Of a stretch of DNA of 64,000 nucleotides, positions 20,584 through 29,387 are shown one piece after another (the first letter of the stretch is position 1; each line of letters opens with the position of its first letter). Source of the stretch: Hyphomicrobiales bacterium (GTDB taxonomy: Bacteria > Pseudomonadota > Alphaproteobacteria > Rhizobiales > JANPGK01); NCBI GenBank assembly GCA_031423895.1, contig JANPGK010000035.1, positions 6,720 through 70,719 of the forward strand, written 5' to 3'. The notes under the pieces were generated by a model, which was not told the DNA's origin, made no database searches, and saw only the letters and a program-made list of their open reading frames with translations. Made by a program: the position numbers and the translations under genes.

Positions 20584-22119
20584 ATGCATATATTACAGCG
20601 CACCGTATCTCTTCCCGCCCCCGGCCGCCTTCCACAAGTGCAGCCTGTTGCCGTGGTGGATATTGGCTCAAACTCGGTGCGTTTGGTAGTCTATGAGGGG
20701 CTCACCCGCGTGCCTGCGCCATTATTTAACGAAAAAATTCTGGCAGGGCTTGGCCGTAATATGGCCGCTTCGGGCTGTATCGCACCTGAAGCTTATGAGG
20801 TGGCGCTCAAAGCCATCGCCCGCTTTGCAGTGTTGCTCAAACAACTGCAGGTTAATAATGTGCATGTGCTGGCCACGGCTGCCGTGCGCGATGCGAATAA
20901 TGGCTTTGAGTTTATGCAACAGGTTGAGCGATTGATCGGCCATGCCCCACACATTATTAGCGGTGAGCGCGAGGCAGAACTGGCCGCGCTTGGGGTGGTT
21001 TCAGGCTTTATCGACCCACACGGAATTGTGGGCGATTTGGGTGGGGGCAGTGTGGAATTTGTCCCTGTGCGTGGCACGCACATTGATGTTGGGGAATCGC
21101 TTCCCTTGGGCGGCTTGCGATTGGCGGAGCTTTCGGGCGGCGATGTGCGCAAAGCGGCGCGCCTCGTGAAAACTGCAATAAGCCAATCCGAGATTGTCAA
21201 AGGTTTGAAGGGGCAGAATTTTTTTGCGGTGGGCGGCAGCTGGCGCTCATTGGCCAAGCTGCACATGGCGCAAACGCACTACCCGCTGCGGGTGATGCAT
21301 AATTACCGCATTCCTGCCAAAGAGGCGTTGGAATTTTGCCGTATGGTGACCAAAACCGACATCAACGCAATTGTGGGCATCGAGGCGGTTTCAAACGATC
21401 GCCGCCCTTTATTGGCATATGGCGCATTGGTGTTGGAAGAGGTAATTGCGCAAGGCAAGCCAGAATTCATCAAATTTTCAGCGCTGGGTGTGCGCGAAGG
21501 GCTGTTGTTCAGCCTATTGAGCCCGCAAGAGCAAGCGCAAGATCCATTGCTTGCCACCGCAGAAGAATTTGCGCTGCTGCGTTCACGCTCGCCCGCTTAT
21601 GTGCATGAGCTCTGCACGTGGAGCGACGCCTTCATGCAGGCGATTGCCCAACATGAAACGCCAGATGACACGCGCTTGCGCCATGCGGCGTGCTTGTTTT
21701 CCGACCTCAGCTGGCGCGCCCATCCTGATTATCGCGGTGAACAAAGCTTCAACATCATTGCCCACGCGGCCTTTATTGGCGTACGCCACCCTGCACGTAT
21801 ATTTTTAGCGCTGGCCGCATTTCATCGTCATGCAGGGTTGAACGAAGTGCCGCCTACTCCCAATTTGCTCGACATGCTTTCGCCTGAAATGCACAGTCGG
21901 GCGCGGATAATCGGCGCGCTCATTCGTGTGGCGCATGCATTATGCGCCTGCACACCTGGCACAATATTGCGCACGTCCTTTGTTGTGTCTGGCAAAACAT
22001 TGGTGCTGCATATACCTGCCGACTTGGCCGATTTGGCCATTCAACGGCTGAATTCCCGCATGAAACAATTGGCGAAACTGCTCAATTTATCGGCCGATAT
22101 TGTGGTGGCCAAAGCTTAG
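20584..22119 (+). CDS. ppx: Exopolyphosphatase Ppx/GppA
   Basis: VDIGSNSVRLVVY, ATAAVRDA, DLGGGSVE, GVREG. Confidence 0.93.
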   Translation: MHILQRTVSLPAPGRLPQVQPVAVVDIGSNSVRLVVYEGLTRVPAPLFNEKILAGLGRNMAASGCIAPEAYEVALKAIARFAVLLKQLQVNNVHVLATAAVRDANNGFEFMQQVERLIGHAPHIISGEREAELAALGVVSGFIDPHGIVGDLGGGSVEFVPVRGTHIDVGESLPLGGLRLAELSGGDVRKAARLVKTAISQSEIVKGLKGQNFFAVGGSWRSLAKLHMAQTHYPLRVMHNYRIPAKEALEFCRMVTKTDINAIVGIEAVSNDRRPLLAYGALVLEEVIAQGKPEFIKFSALGVREGLLFSLLSPQEQAQDPLLATAEEFALLRSRSPAYVHELCTWSDAFMQAIAQHETPDDTRLRHAACLFSDLSWRAHPDYRGEQSFNIIAHAAFIGVRHPARIFLALAAFHRHAGLNEVPPTPNLLDMLSPEMHSRARIIGALIRVAHALCACTPGTILRTSFVVSGKTLVLHIPADLADLAIQRLNSRMKQLAKLLNLSADIVVAKA

Positions 22120-23717
22120 TGTAATGCAAGCGCGGCCAGCAATGCGCCTAAAATCGCCATCAGCACATGGCTGGTATAATTGCGGTGCGGTGGGGCAATA
22201 ATTTGCACGCTTGCAGGCTTGGCCAAATTCTCTATCATCACATCCAAATGCGGCAAATGGCGCACAAGGCTGGCCACAGCTTTGGCCACATGCTTGGCCT
22301 GCGCCTTGGGGCCCAGCTCGTTTTCAATCCATGTTTTCACAATTGGCTCGGCGGTGGTCCAAATATTAATGTTGGGGTTCAGCCCGCGCGCAAGGCCTTC
22401 GGCCATCACCATAGATTTTTGCAATAGTAACAATTCCATGCGGGTTTCCATGCCAAATAGCGATGTGATTTCGAATAAAAGCGTAATCACCCGCGCCATT
22501 GAAACCTCATTGGCGGGGCGTTCGTGGATGGGTTCCCCCACCGCGCGCAGGGCTTGGGCAAATGCGGCTTTGTCCTGTGTGGCTGGCACATAGCCAGCAT
22601 CAAAATGCACTTGGGCAATGCGTTCATAATCGCGCTTGATGAAGCCCCAGAGGATTTCGGCAAAAAAGCGGCGTTCTTTCTCGCCCAATCGCCCCACAAT
22701 GCCAAAATCGATGGCGACGATGGTGGATTGTACATTTAGGGTGTCATCCTGAGGCATCGCCGAAGGATCTCCCTGAAATGGAGCGCGATCGGCGGGAGAT
22801 CCTTCACTGCGTTCAGGATGACATTTATGAAGCCCTTCAACAAAAATATTCCCCGCGTGCCAATCCGCATGGAAAAAGCCGTCGTTCAGCGCTTGCTTCA
22901 AAAAGCTTTGCAGCAGAATTTCGGACAATTTCACCAGATCATGCCCTGCGGCGTGCAGCGCTGCGGGGTTACGTAAGGTTTGGCCGTCAATCCACTCCAT
23001 TGTCAGCATTGCGCGTGATGTGTAGTCCCACTCCACATGTGGTACACGAAAATGCACCTCATTTTTGGTGGTCTGCGCCATTTCGGCTAAAGCGGAGGCT
23101 TCTAGCCGCAAATCCATCTCGGTGCGCGCCCATGAAGCGAATGTGGCCACAATATCGCGCATTTTCAGGCGGCGCGCCTCAGCGCTCATCGCTTCCATCA
23201 TGCGCGCGCCAAAGGCCATATGCGCCAAATCGGCCTTAAAGCGGCGCTGAATATCAGGCCGCAGCAGTTTCACCGCCACGGTTTTGCCGTTCGATATCAG
23301 CACCGCTTTATGCACTTGCGCGATGGATGCCGCAGCTACAGGCGTTGAGAATTCGCTGAAAATTTCCTCCACCGGTTTGCCCATCTCAGCGAGCACCTGC
23401 GCGCGCGCCACATCCATGGGAAATGGTGGCATTTCATCTTGCAGCATGGCCAAATCGGCGGCCATCGCCACGCCCACCACATCTGCGCGGGTCGCCAAAA
23501 ATTGCCCAAATTTAATGAAGCTTGGCCCCAGCACCGCAAAAGCATGGGCGGCCGAATGAGGCGTGGCTTTGGTTTCCACCATGCGCAATAGCTGCACCAT
23601 GCGCCATTGCAGGGGCGTGCACACATCGCGTGGAACGGCGGCTAAAATGCCACTGCGCAGCAATTTTATACCCGCGGCGATGCCCCAAAGCGTGTGGAAT
23701 ATGGGTTTGAAAATCAC
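22116..23717 (-). CDS. ubiB: UbiB/AarF atypical kinase with in-frame repeat insert
   Basis: LGPSFIKFGQ, AASIAQVH, VAVK, FFHADWHAGN...DFG; downstream of ubiE with GTGA overlap. Confidence 0.93.
   Translation of the reverse strand: MIFKPIFHTLWGIAAGIKLLRSGILAAVPRDVCTPLQWRMVQLLRMVETKATPHSAAHAFAVLGPSFIKFGQFLATRADVVGVAMAADLAMLQDEMPPFPMDVARAQVLAEMGKPVEEIFSEFSTPVAAASIAQVHKAVLISNGKTVAVKLLRPDIQRRFKADLAHMAFGARMMEAMSAEARRLKMRDIVATFASWARTEMDLRLEASALAEMAQTTKNEVHFRVPHVEWDYTSRAMLTMEWIDGQTLRNPAALHAAGHDLVKLSEILLQSFLKQALNDGFFHADWHAGNIFVEGLHKCHPERSEGSPADRAPFQGDPSAMPQDDTLNVQSTIVAIDFGIVGRLGEKERRFFAEILWGFIKRDYERIAQVHFDAGYVPATQDKAAFAQALRAVGEPIHERPANEVSMARVITLLFEITSLFGMETRMELLLLQKSMVMAEGLARGLNPNINIWTTAEPIVKTWIENELGPKAQAKHVAKAVASLVRHLPHLDVMIENLAKPASVQIIAPPHRNYTSHVLMAILGALLAALALH
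22741..22823. repeat. Palindromic element, family A, in frame inside ubiB
   Basis: Near-identical to 17766-17849; encodes [28 protein letters not shown]. Confidence 0.95.
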
Positions 23718-24574
23718 AATTTCCACCCTTGATGCAGCGCCACAATGCCAGCAGAAAAGCGTGTGAACTTTGTGCGTTTGAAGCCCGCCTGCTGCATTTC
23801 CAGCTCCAGCCGTTGCGCGCTAGGGAATTTGCGGATCGATTCCGCCAAATAGCGGTAGGAGTCTGCATCATTGGCTATCCATTGCCCCAATTTTGGCATC
23901 ACATGCAGCGAATAGGCATCGTAAACCTGCTTCACGCCCGGCATTTCAACTGGTGAAAATTCGAGGCACAAAAACTGCCCGCCGGGCTTCAATACACGGT
24001 GAAATTCGGCCAATGCGGTGGTGCGGCGGGGCACATTTCGCAGGCCAAATGCAATGGTGACGCAGTCGAATGTGGCATCGGCAAATGGCAGCGCTTCGGC
24101 GTTGCCGAGGATGATATTGACACACTTACTCCCCTCCCCTTGCGGGAGGGGGTAGGGGGAGGGGTTTTCTTTCTTAGAAGTAAGAATACCCCCCTCAGTC
24201 TCGCTTACGCTCGACAGCTCCCCCGCAAGGGGGGAGCGGGAAGAAAACCGCACCGCCGCCTCGCGCAACATTGCCTCATTTATATCCAGCAATGTGGCGC
24301 TGTAGCGCGTGCCTGCGCTTTGCAGTGCGCGCGCCACAATATCGCCCGTGCCGCCCGCCACATCCAAATGTGCAAATGGCAGGTTTCCACGCGGAATGTG
24401 CATTTTGGTAATCAGGCTTTGCTTCCACACCCTGTGCAGCCGCAGCGAGAGTACGTCATTCATCAGGTCGTATTTGCTGGCCACCTCATCAAACACATGG
24501 TTCACGCGCCCTTGCTTTTGTTCAAGGGGAATGGTTTCAAAGCCAAAGTCGATGGTTTCGGGTGCATTTTTCAT
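23714..24574 (-). CDS. ubiE: UbiE/MenG C-methyltransferase with in-frame repeat insert
   Basis: VASKYDLMND, LDVAGGTGD, IAFGLRNV, YRYLAESIRKFP. Confidence 0.94.
   Translation of the reverse strand: MKNAPETIDFGFETIPLEQKQGRVNHVFDEVASKYDLMNDVLSLRLHRVWKQSLITKMHIPRGNLPFAHLDVAGGTGDIVARALQSAGTRYSATLLDINEAMLREAAVRFSSRSPLAGELSSVSETEGGILTSKKENPSPYPLPQGEGSKCVNIILGNAEALPFADATFDCVTIAFGLRNVPRRTTALAEFHRVLKPGGQFLCLEFSPVEMPGVKQVYDAYSLHVMPKLGQWIANDADSYRYLAESIRKFPSAQRLELEMQQAGFKRTKFTRFSAGIVALHQGWKL
24129..24237. repeat. Palindromic element, family C, in frame inside ubiE
   Basis: CCCCTCCCCTTGCGGGAGGGGG...CCCCCTCAGTC...GACAGCTCCCCCGCAAGGGGGGAGC; matches 24902-25048 and 13978-14088. Confidence 0.95.
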
Positions 24575-24645
24575 GCCGCATTTGTACAATATTCCGCTAT
24601 TGATTGCGAGTCTGGAATCGCACCAATCAACATCAAGGTAAATAT

Positions 24646-25641
24646 ATGCCCGAGCTGCCCGAAGTGGAAACCATTCGCCGCCAAATTGCGCCTGCGCTTA
24701 TTGGCAAAATGATTACGCATGTACGCTATAACCGCCCTAATATTCGCTTTGCGCTACCGCCTGAAATGCCACAATTAGTGGTAGGGCGCGTCATAAATGG
24801 GGTGGAGCGCCGTGGGAAATATCTGCTGATTGGGGTGGACGGCGCTGGCCAAATTTTGCTGCATTTGGGCATGAGCGGGCGGGTGTTGATTGAAGATAAC
24901 GCCCCTCCCCTTTGCTGTGCCCTCCGAAGCCCGTCGGGCGAAGGATGGGCGGGAGGGGGTAGGGGGAGGGGTTTTCTTTCTGATTTAGAAAGTAAGAATA
25001 CCCCCCTCAGTCACGCTGCGCGCGACAGCTCCCCCGCAGGTGGGGAGCCATTCACCGCAGGTGCGTTTTACTATGACACCCAGCGCAGCACTAAGCACGA
25101 CCATGTGATGATGACGCTGAACAATTGCACGTTAATTTATAACGACCCGCGCCGTTTTGGCATGATGGATTTCATTCCGCTGGGGCAAAATACGCCCCAC
25201 CCATTGCTGGCCAATATGGGGCACGAGCCGTGGAGTGACGCCTGCACGCCGCAGTGGCTGTTTAATGTGTCGCGCAATCGCAGCACTTCGTTGAAGGCGC
25301 TGTTGCTCGACCAAACCCATATTGCAGGCATTGGCAATATTTATGCCAGCGAGGCGCTGCATAGTGCGCGGCTCAGCCCATTTGCAGCCGCTAGCATGCT
25401 CACATTTCAACAGGCAGAAGATTTGTTGAGTGCAGTGCGGCTTGCGCTCGAAAAAGGTATTCGCTTAGGCGGCGCCAGCATCCGCGATTTTTCGCAGGCC
25501 GATGGCGAGAAGGGCGCCATGCAGGATGAATTTTTGGTGTACGGCCGCGATGGTCAGCCATGCCACAGCTGCGGCGCACCCATCATAAAAGCCACGCAAA
25601 ATGGGCGGAGTACGTTTTGGTGTGGGGGCTGTCAGGTTTAG
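24646..25641 (+). CDS. mutM: Formamidopyrimidine-DNA glycosylase MutM/Fpg with in-frame repeat insert
   Basis: MPELPEVE start, HLGMSG, DPRRFG, AGIGNIYASE, C-terminal zinc finger. Confidence 0.96.
   Translation: MPELPEVETIRRQIAPALIGKMITHVRYNRPNIRFALPPEMPQLVVGRVINGVERRGKYLLIGVDGAGQILLHLGMSGRVLIEDNAPPLCCALRSPSGEGWAGGGRGRGFLSDLESKNTPLSHAARDSSPAGGEPFTAGAFYYDTQRSTKHDHVMMTLNNCTLIYNDPRRFGMMDFIPLGQNTPHPLLANMGHEPWSDACTPQWLFNVSRNRSTSLKALLLDQTHIAGIGNIYASEALHSARLSPFAAASMLTFQQAEDLLSAVRLALEKGIRLGGASIRDFSQADGEKGAMQDEFLVYGRDGQPCHSCGAPIIKATQNGRSTFWCGGCQV
24902..25048. repeat. Palindromic element, family C, in frame inside mutM, with nested ~35-bp hairpin
   Basis: Same element as in ubiE plus extra TGTGCCCTCCGAAGCCCGTCGGGCGAAGGATGGGC in the first loop. 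Confidence 0.93.
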
Positions 25642-25642
25642 G

Positions 25643-25726
25643 GTGTCATCCTGAGGTGCAACCGAAGGATCGCCATAAAATAAGCGCAATTGGCGGGAGA
25701 TTCTTCGCCTATGGCTCAGAATGACA
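25643..25726. repeat. Palindromic element, family A (diverged), directly after mutM stop
   Basis: GTGTCATCCTGAGG...GAAGGATC...GATTCTTCG...CTCAGAATGACA. Confidence 0.88.
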
Positions 25727-25746
25727 ACTGTATAGTTTTGATAATG

Positions 25747-25781
25747 AAAACCCCACGCTGGGGGGATGAAACAGCGTGGGG
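25747..25781 (-). terminator. Intrinsic terminator-like hairpin
   Basis: 10-bp stem CCCCACGCTG/CAGCGTGGGG followed by TTTT on the minus strand. Confidence 0.6.
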
Positions 25782-25953
25782 CGATATATCTATATGTTCT
25801 GCGGCTCGTATGCGTCGTTAAGCATCACCTTTTGAACTACTACCTAAGGATGATACCACGCATAAAAATTTCAACAATTAACAATTAGTATAAGAGGTTA
25901 TTGGTCTTTAGTTGTATTGTGTACTCGTGATCGTGCGCGTATTATTTTTCCTC

Positions 25954-26199
25954 TTACATTTCAGAATGATTTGGAAATTTTAGCCATTGTAGTGCTTGCA
26001 TTGCAAAAGCTAACACTAACCATATCCCAATCTTGCCTTTAGGAAGGTTAGAGGTTTTCCCCGTGATTTTTGGTTTGCAGCCAATTGTGTGCTTGGGTAT
26101 AATACTATGTAATTTTGGGGGCTGTACAGGGATATTTTTGGGGATTGGTGGAGTTGTATTAAAATGTATGTTTTTGCCTGCTTTATCAATTTTTAACAT
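25954..26199 (-). CDS. Orphan K/P-rich small protein with C-terminal hydrophobic segment
   Basis: 81-codon ATG ORF starting 1 nt after the upstream orphan's stop. Confidence 0.5.
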   Translation of the reverse strand: MLKIDKAGKNIHFNTTPPIPKNIPVQPPKLHSIIPKHTIGCKPKITGKTSNLPKGKIGIWLVLAFAMQALQWLKFPNHSEM

Positions 26200-26200
26200 T

Positions 26201-26473
26201 TTAAGACTCTAAATTTGTAAGGGTTCTTGTTAAGAATGAAGTCGTCAAAGACAAAGTCGCTGTTAGAAACATCACAATAACTGCTGTTTTTGGGGGTGTT
26301 TTGGGCGATTTTTTTTTAATATTTTCAGCAAGCTGGTTCATATTCTTTAATTTATTAGCAACTGATGGTATCATTGACACTTCAAATGCCTGTTCAATGG
26401 CGTTTTTCAAATGCTCTTCAACGCCAACAACCCATGTTTTTGAATTAATGTGTGGCTTGTATATCTCGCTCAT
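26201..26473 (-). CDS. Orphan small protein with C-terminal hydrophobic segment
   Basis: 90-codon ORF with strong SD AAGGAG upstream. Confidence 0.6.
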   Translation of the reverse strand: MSEIYKPHINSKTWVVGVEEHLKNAIEQAFEVSMIPSVANKLKNMNQLAENIKKKSPKTPPKTAVIVMFLTATLSLTTSFLTRTLTNLES

Positions 26474-26546
26474 ACAAATCTCCTTCTGCAGGAGTATTGC
26501 GTATGCAGTATGACAAATAAGTGACAGATTTATAACAGTTTTATGA

Positions 26547-27599
26547 TTAATTCAAAAACCCAACAATCTGCTTCACATCTTTGATGGTGGGTTCAGCCAA
26601 CTCGCGGGCGCGGGTGGCGCCATCGCGCAAAATGGCATCAATATCGCCAGGGTGTTGCTGCCAGCGCAGCAATTCGCCACGAATGGGGCTGATATGCGCA
26701 ATCAGCTCATCGGCCAAGGCGGTTTTGAAGCTCGAGAATTGCTGGCCAGCAAACGCGCGCAGCACATCATCGACGCTTTTGCCCGTGATTGCGGCGAATA
26801 TATTCAGCAAATTGGCCACTTCAGGGCGCGCGGTCAAATCCTCTCCCACTTCTGGCAGGGGCAGCGGGTCGGTTTTGGCTTTGCGGATTTTTTGCGCGAT
26901 TGTCTCGGCATCATCGGATAAATGAATGCGAGAATAGTCAGAAATTTCCGATTTCGACATTTTTTTGGTGCCATCACGCAGCGACATCACGCGTGTGGCC
27001 GTGCCCTGAATCACAGGCTCGGGCTGCGGGAAGAACAGCTCTGCCCCCGTAGTTTCCAAAATTGAGGCGGCAAAGTCGTTATTGAACTTCTGTGCAATAT
27101 CGCGCGCCAGCTCTAAATGCTGCTTTTGGTCTTCGCCCACAGGCACATGCGTGGCTTTATACAGCAGAATATCGGCCGCCATCAAATTGGGGTACACATA
27201 CAGCCCGACAGAGGAATTTTCGCTATTTTTGCCGGCTTTTTCTTTAAACTGGGTCATTCGATTGAGCCAACCAAGGCGCGATACGCAATTGAACACCCAT
27301 GCCAATTCTGCATGGCCTGCCACTTGCGATTGATTAAAAATGATATGCTGCTTTGGGTCGATGCCACACGCCAGGAACGCCGCCGCCACATCGCGGATGG
27401 ACTGGCGCAATGCGGCAGGGTCTTGCGGCACGGTGATAGCGTGCATGTCCACCACACAATACAGGCATTGCGGAAACTGCTGCTGCAAGGCCACAAATTT
27501 CACAATGGCGCCCAAATAATTGCCAAGGTGCAAATTGCCCGTGGGCTGCACGCCAGAAAATACGCGGGGGGGGAAGTGAGTATCAGAAGGGTTGGTCAT
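26547..27599 (-). CDS. trpS: Tryptophan--tRNA ligase
   Basis: [28 protein letters not shown]. Confidence 0.97.
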   Translation of the reverse strand: MTNPSDTHFPPRVFSGVQPTGNLHLGNYLGAIVKFVALQQQFPQCLYCVVDMHAITVPQDPAALRQSIRDVAAAFLACGIDPKQHIIFNQSQVAGHAELAWVFNCVSRLGWLNRMTQFKEKAGKNSENSSVGLYVYPNLMAADILLYKATHVPVGEDQKQHLELARDIAQKFNNDFAASILETTGAELFFPQPEPVIQGTATRVMSLRDGTKKMSKSEISDYSRIHLSDDAETIAQKIRKAKTDPLPLPEVGEDLTARPEVANLLNIFAAITGKSVDDVLRAFAGQQFSSFKTALADELIAHISPIRGELLRWQQHPGDIDAILRDGATRARELAEPTIKDVKQIVGFLN

Positions 27600-27616
27600 A
27601 AAACATCCAAATTCTT

Positions 27617-27737
27617 ATGCTCCCCACTTGTGGGGGAGCTGCCGAGTGAAACGAGGCTGAGGGGGGTATTTTTACCAAGCAAAGTGACCCCCCTCAGTCA
27701 TGCTTCGCATGCCAGCTCCCCCACAAGTGGGGAGCAT
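27617..27737. repeat. Palindromic element, family C, inverted dimer of one module
   Basis: ATGCTCCCCACTTGTGGGGGAGCTG...CAGCTCCCCCACAAGTGGGGAGCAT perfect terminal inverted repeats. Confidence 0.92.
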
Positions 27738-27745
27738 TATTTTGC

Positions 27746-29308
27746 CTATTTACGCTTTTTGCGCAACAGTGCAAGAATATCCTTCGGCTTCAGGCCAATA
27801 AATACAAATGTGAGCACGCAATACACCACCACACCCAAGCCCACAATGCTGCCCAGCCCAATGAGTTTTTGCATATCGGCGTTGCTGGCCAGCAAAAATG
27901 GCCGTGCATAGGGCAGGGCATAATAAATGGCGGCGCCCATCAACCCACTTGAGAGCACGCACAGCACCGATTGCTTCAGCAATTTAGCCGCAGGTTGCCA
28001 ATCCTTTTTCACCAGCAAATGTGCGCCCAGCATCAGCGCATTGCCCCAGCCCGCAATGGATGTAGCCAATGCAATGCCCGCAGCGCCCATAATCGGCAGC
28101 AATAACAGGCTGGCCACAACATTCACTACCATGGAAATGGCGGCATAATAAAACGGCGTTTTGGCATTTTCGCGGGCATAAAATGAGGGGGATAGCACTT
28201 TGATGAGCACAAACCCCGGCAAGCCAAGCGCATAGGCGGCCAGCACGCGGCCGGTTTCCTTCGCATCATTGGCGCTGAATGCGCCGCGCTCGAACAGCAC
28301 CGCGCACAGCTCATACGGAATGACACACAAGGCCACGGTGGCGGGCAAAGTGATGAGCAGCGTGAGAAACAACCCCTGATTTTGCAACTCATTCGCCTGT
28401 GCCCATTCGCCCTTGGCCATGTGGCTGGAAATGGGCGGCAACAATGCAGTGCCAATTGCGGTGGCCACAATGCCCAGTGGCAATTGATACAAACGGTCGG
28501 CATAATATAAATAGGACACCGCCCCCGCGATTGAGGAGGCCAACATGGTGCCCACAATGATGTTGATTTGTGTCATGCCCGCCGAAAGCACGCTGGGCGC
28601 GCCAAACTTCAGCAAGCGTTTGATATTGGGGGTGATACGCGGGCGGAAATTGGTGGGCAACAGCCCCGCGCGCTTGGCGGCAATTGCCAAAATGCCCAGC
28701 TGCACAAACCCAGCCACTAATATGCTAATCACCAGCGCAAGCCCCGCTTTTTCAGGCACATAACCCAAAAACCATGCCAAAAGTGCTGCAGCACTGAGAA
28801 TAAGGTTCAGCGCTGTGGGCGCAAAGGCCGAGGCTTTGAAATAGCCCTTTGCATTCAAAATGCCCGCCAAAAGCGATAGCAGCGACATGCACAATAAATA
28901 GGGGAAACATATGCGCGTGAGCAGCACGGTGAGGGCGAATTTTTCAGGGTTGCCCGCAAAGCCCGGTGCCATCAGCAGCACCAACTGCGGCATAAAAATT
29001 TCGGCAATCACTGTGAACACCAGCAGCGCCGCCAGCAAAAACGCCCACGCTTCATTGGCAAATTTCAGCGCGCCCGTTTCGCCATCCTTGGCCAATTCGC
29101 GCGAAAATAGCGGCACAAAGGCGCTGCTAAAGGCGCCTTCGGCAAACAGGCGGCGGAATAAATTGGGCAAGCGAAATGCCACCACAAACGCATCCGCCAC
29201 GGGGCCTGCACCCAAAATGCCCGCAATCAACACATCGCGCGCAAAGCCCAACACGCGTGAAACCGCAGTGCCAAGGCCAAGGGTGAGAACGTTTCGGGTG
29301 AGCGACAT
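27746..29308 (-). CDS. murJ: Lipid II flippase MurJ (MviN)
   Basis: SRVLGFARD, AFRLPNLFRRLFAEGAF, ADRLYQLPLG. Confidence 0.96.
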   Translation of the reverse strand: MSLTRNVLTLGLGTAVSRVLGFARDVLIAGILGAGPVADAFVVAFRLPNLFRRLFAEGAFSSAFVPLFSRELAKDGETGALKFANEAWAFLLAALLVFTVIAEIFMPQLVLLMAPGFAGNPEKFALTVLLTRICFPYLLCMSLLSLLAGILNAKGYFKASAFAPTALNLILSAAALLAWFLGYVPEKAGLALVISILVAGFVQLGILAIAAKRAGLLPTNFRPRITPNIKRLLKFGAPSVLSAGMTQINIIVGTMLASSIAGAVSYLYYADRLYQLPLGIVATAIGTALLPPISSHMAKGEWAQANELQNQGLFLTLLITLPATVALCVIPYELCAVLFERGAFSANDAKETGRVLAAYALGLPGFVLIKVLSPSFYARENAKTPFYYAAISMVVNVVASLLLLPIMGAAGIALATSIAGWGNALMLGAHLLVKKDWQPAAKLLKQSVLCVLSSGLMGAAIYYALPYARPFLLASNADMQKLIGLGSIVGLGVVVYCVLTFVFIGLKPKDILALLRKKRK

Positions 29309-29387
29309 GCACATGTTTTAGGGTGTGTGAGTGGTGGGTGCAAGGAAAACATATTGCGGTCTGATGATTTATCCTTAAACTGCAGCC

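Noticed and set aside
22116-25641. ubiB, ubiE and mutM as pseudogenes, or inserts as inteins or self-splicing introns
   Set aside because: Frames and catalytic motifs are intact. Inserts are far too short, lack intein C-terminal His-Asn ends and group I/II cores, and match intergenic repeats.
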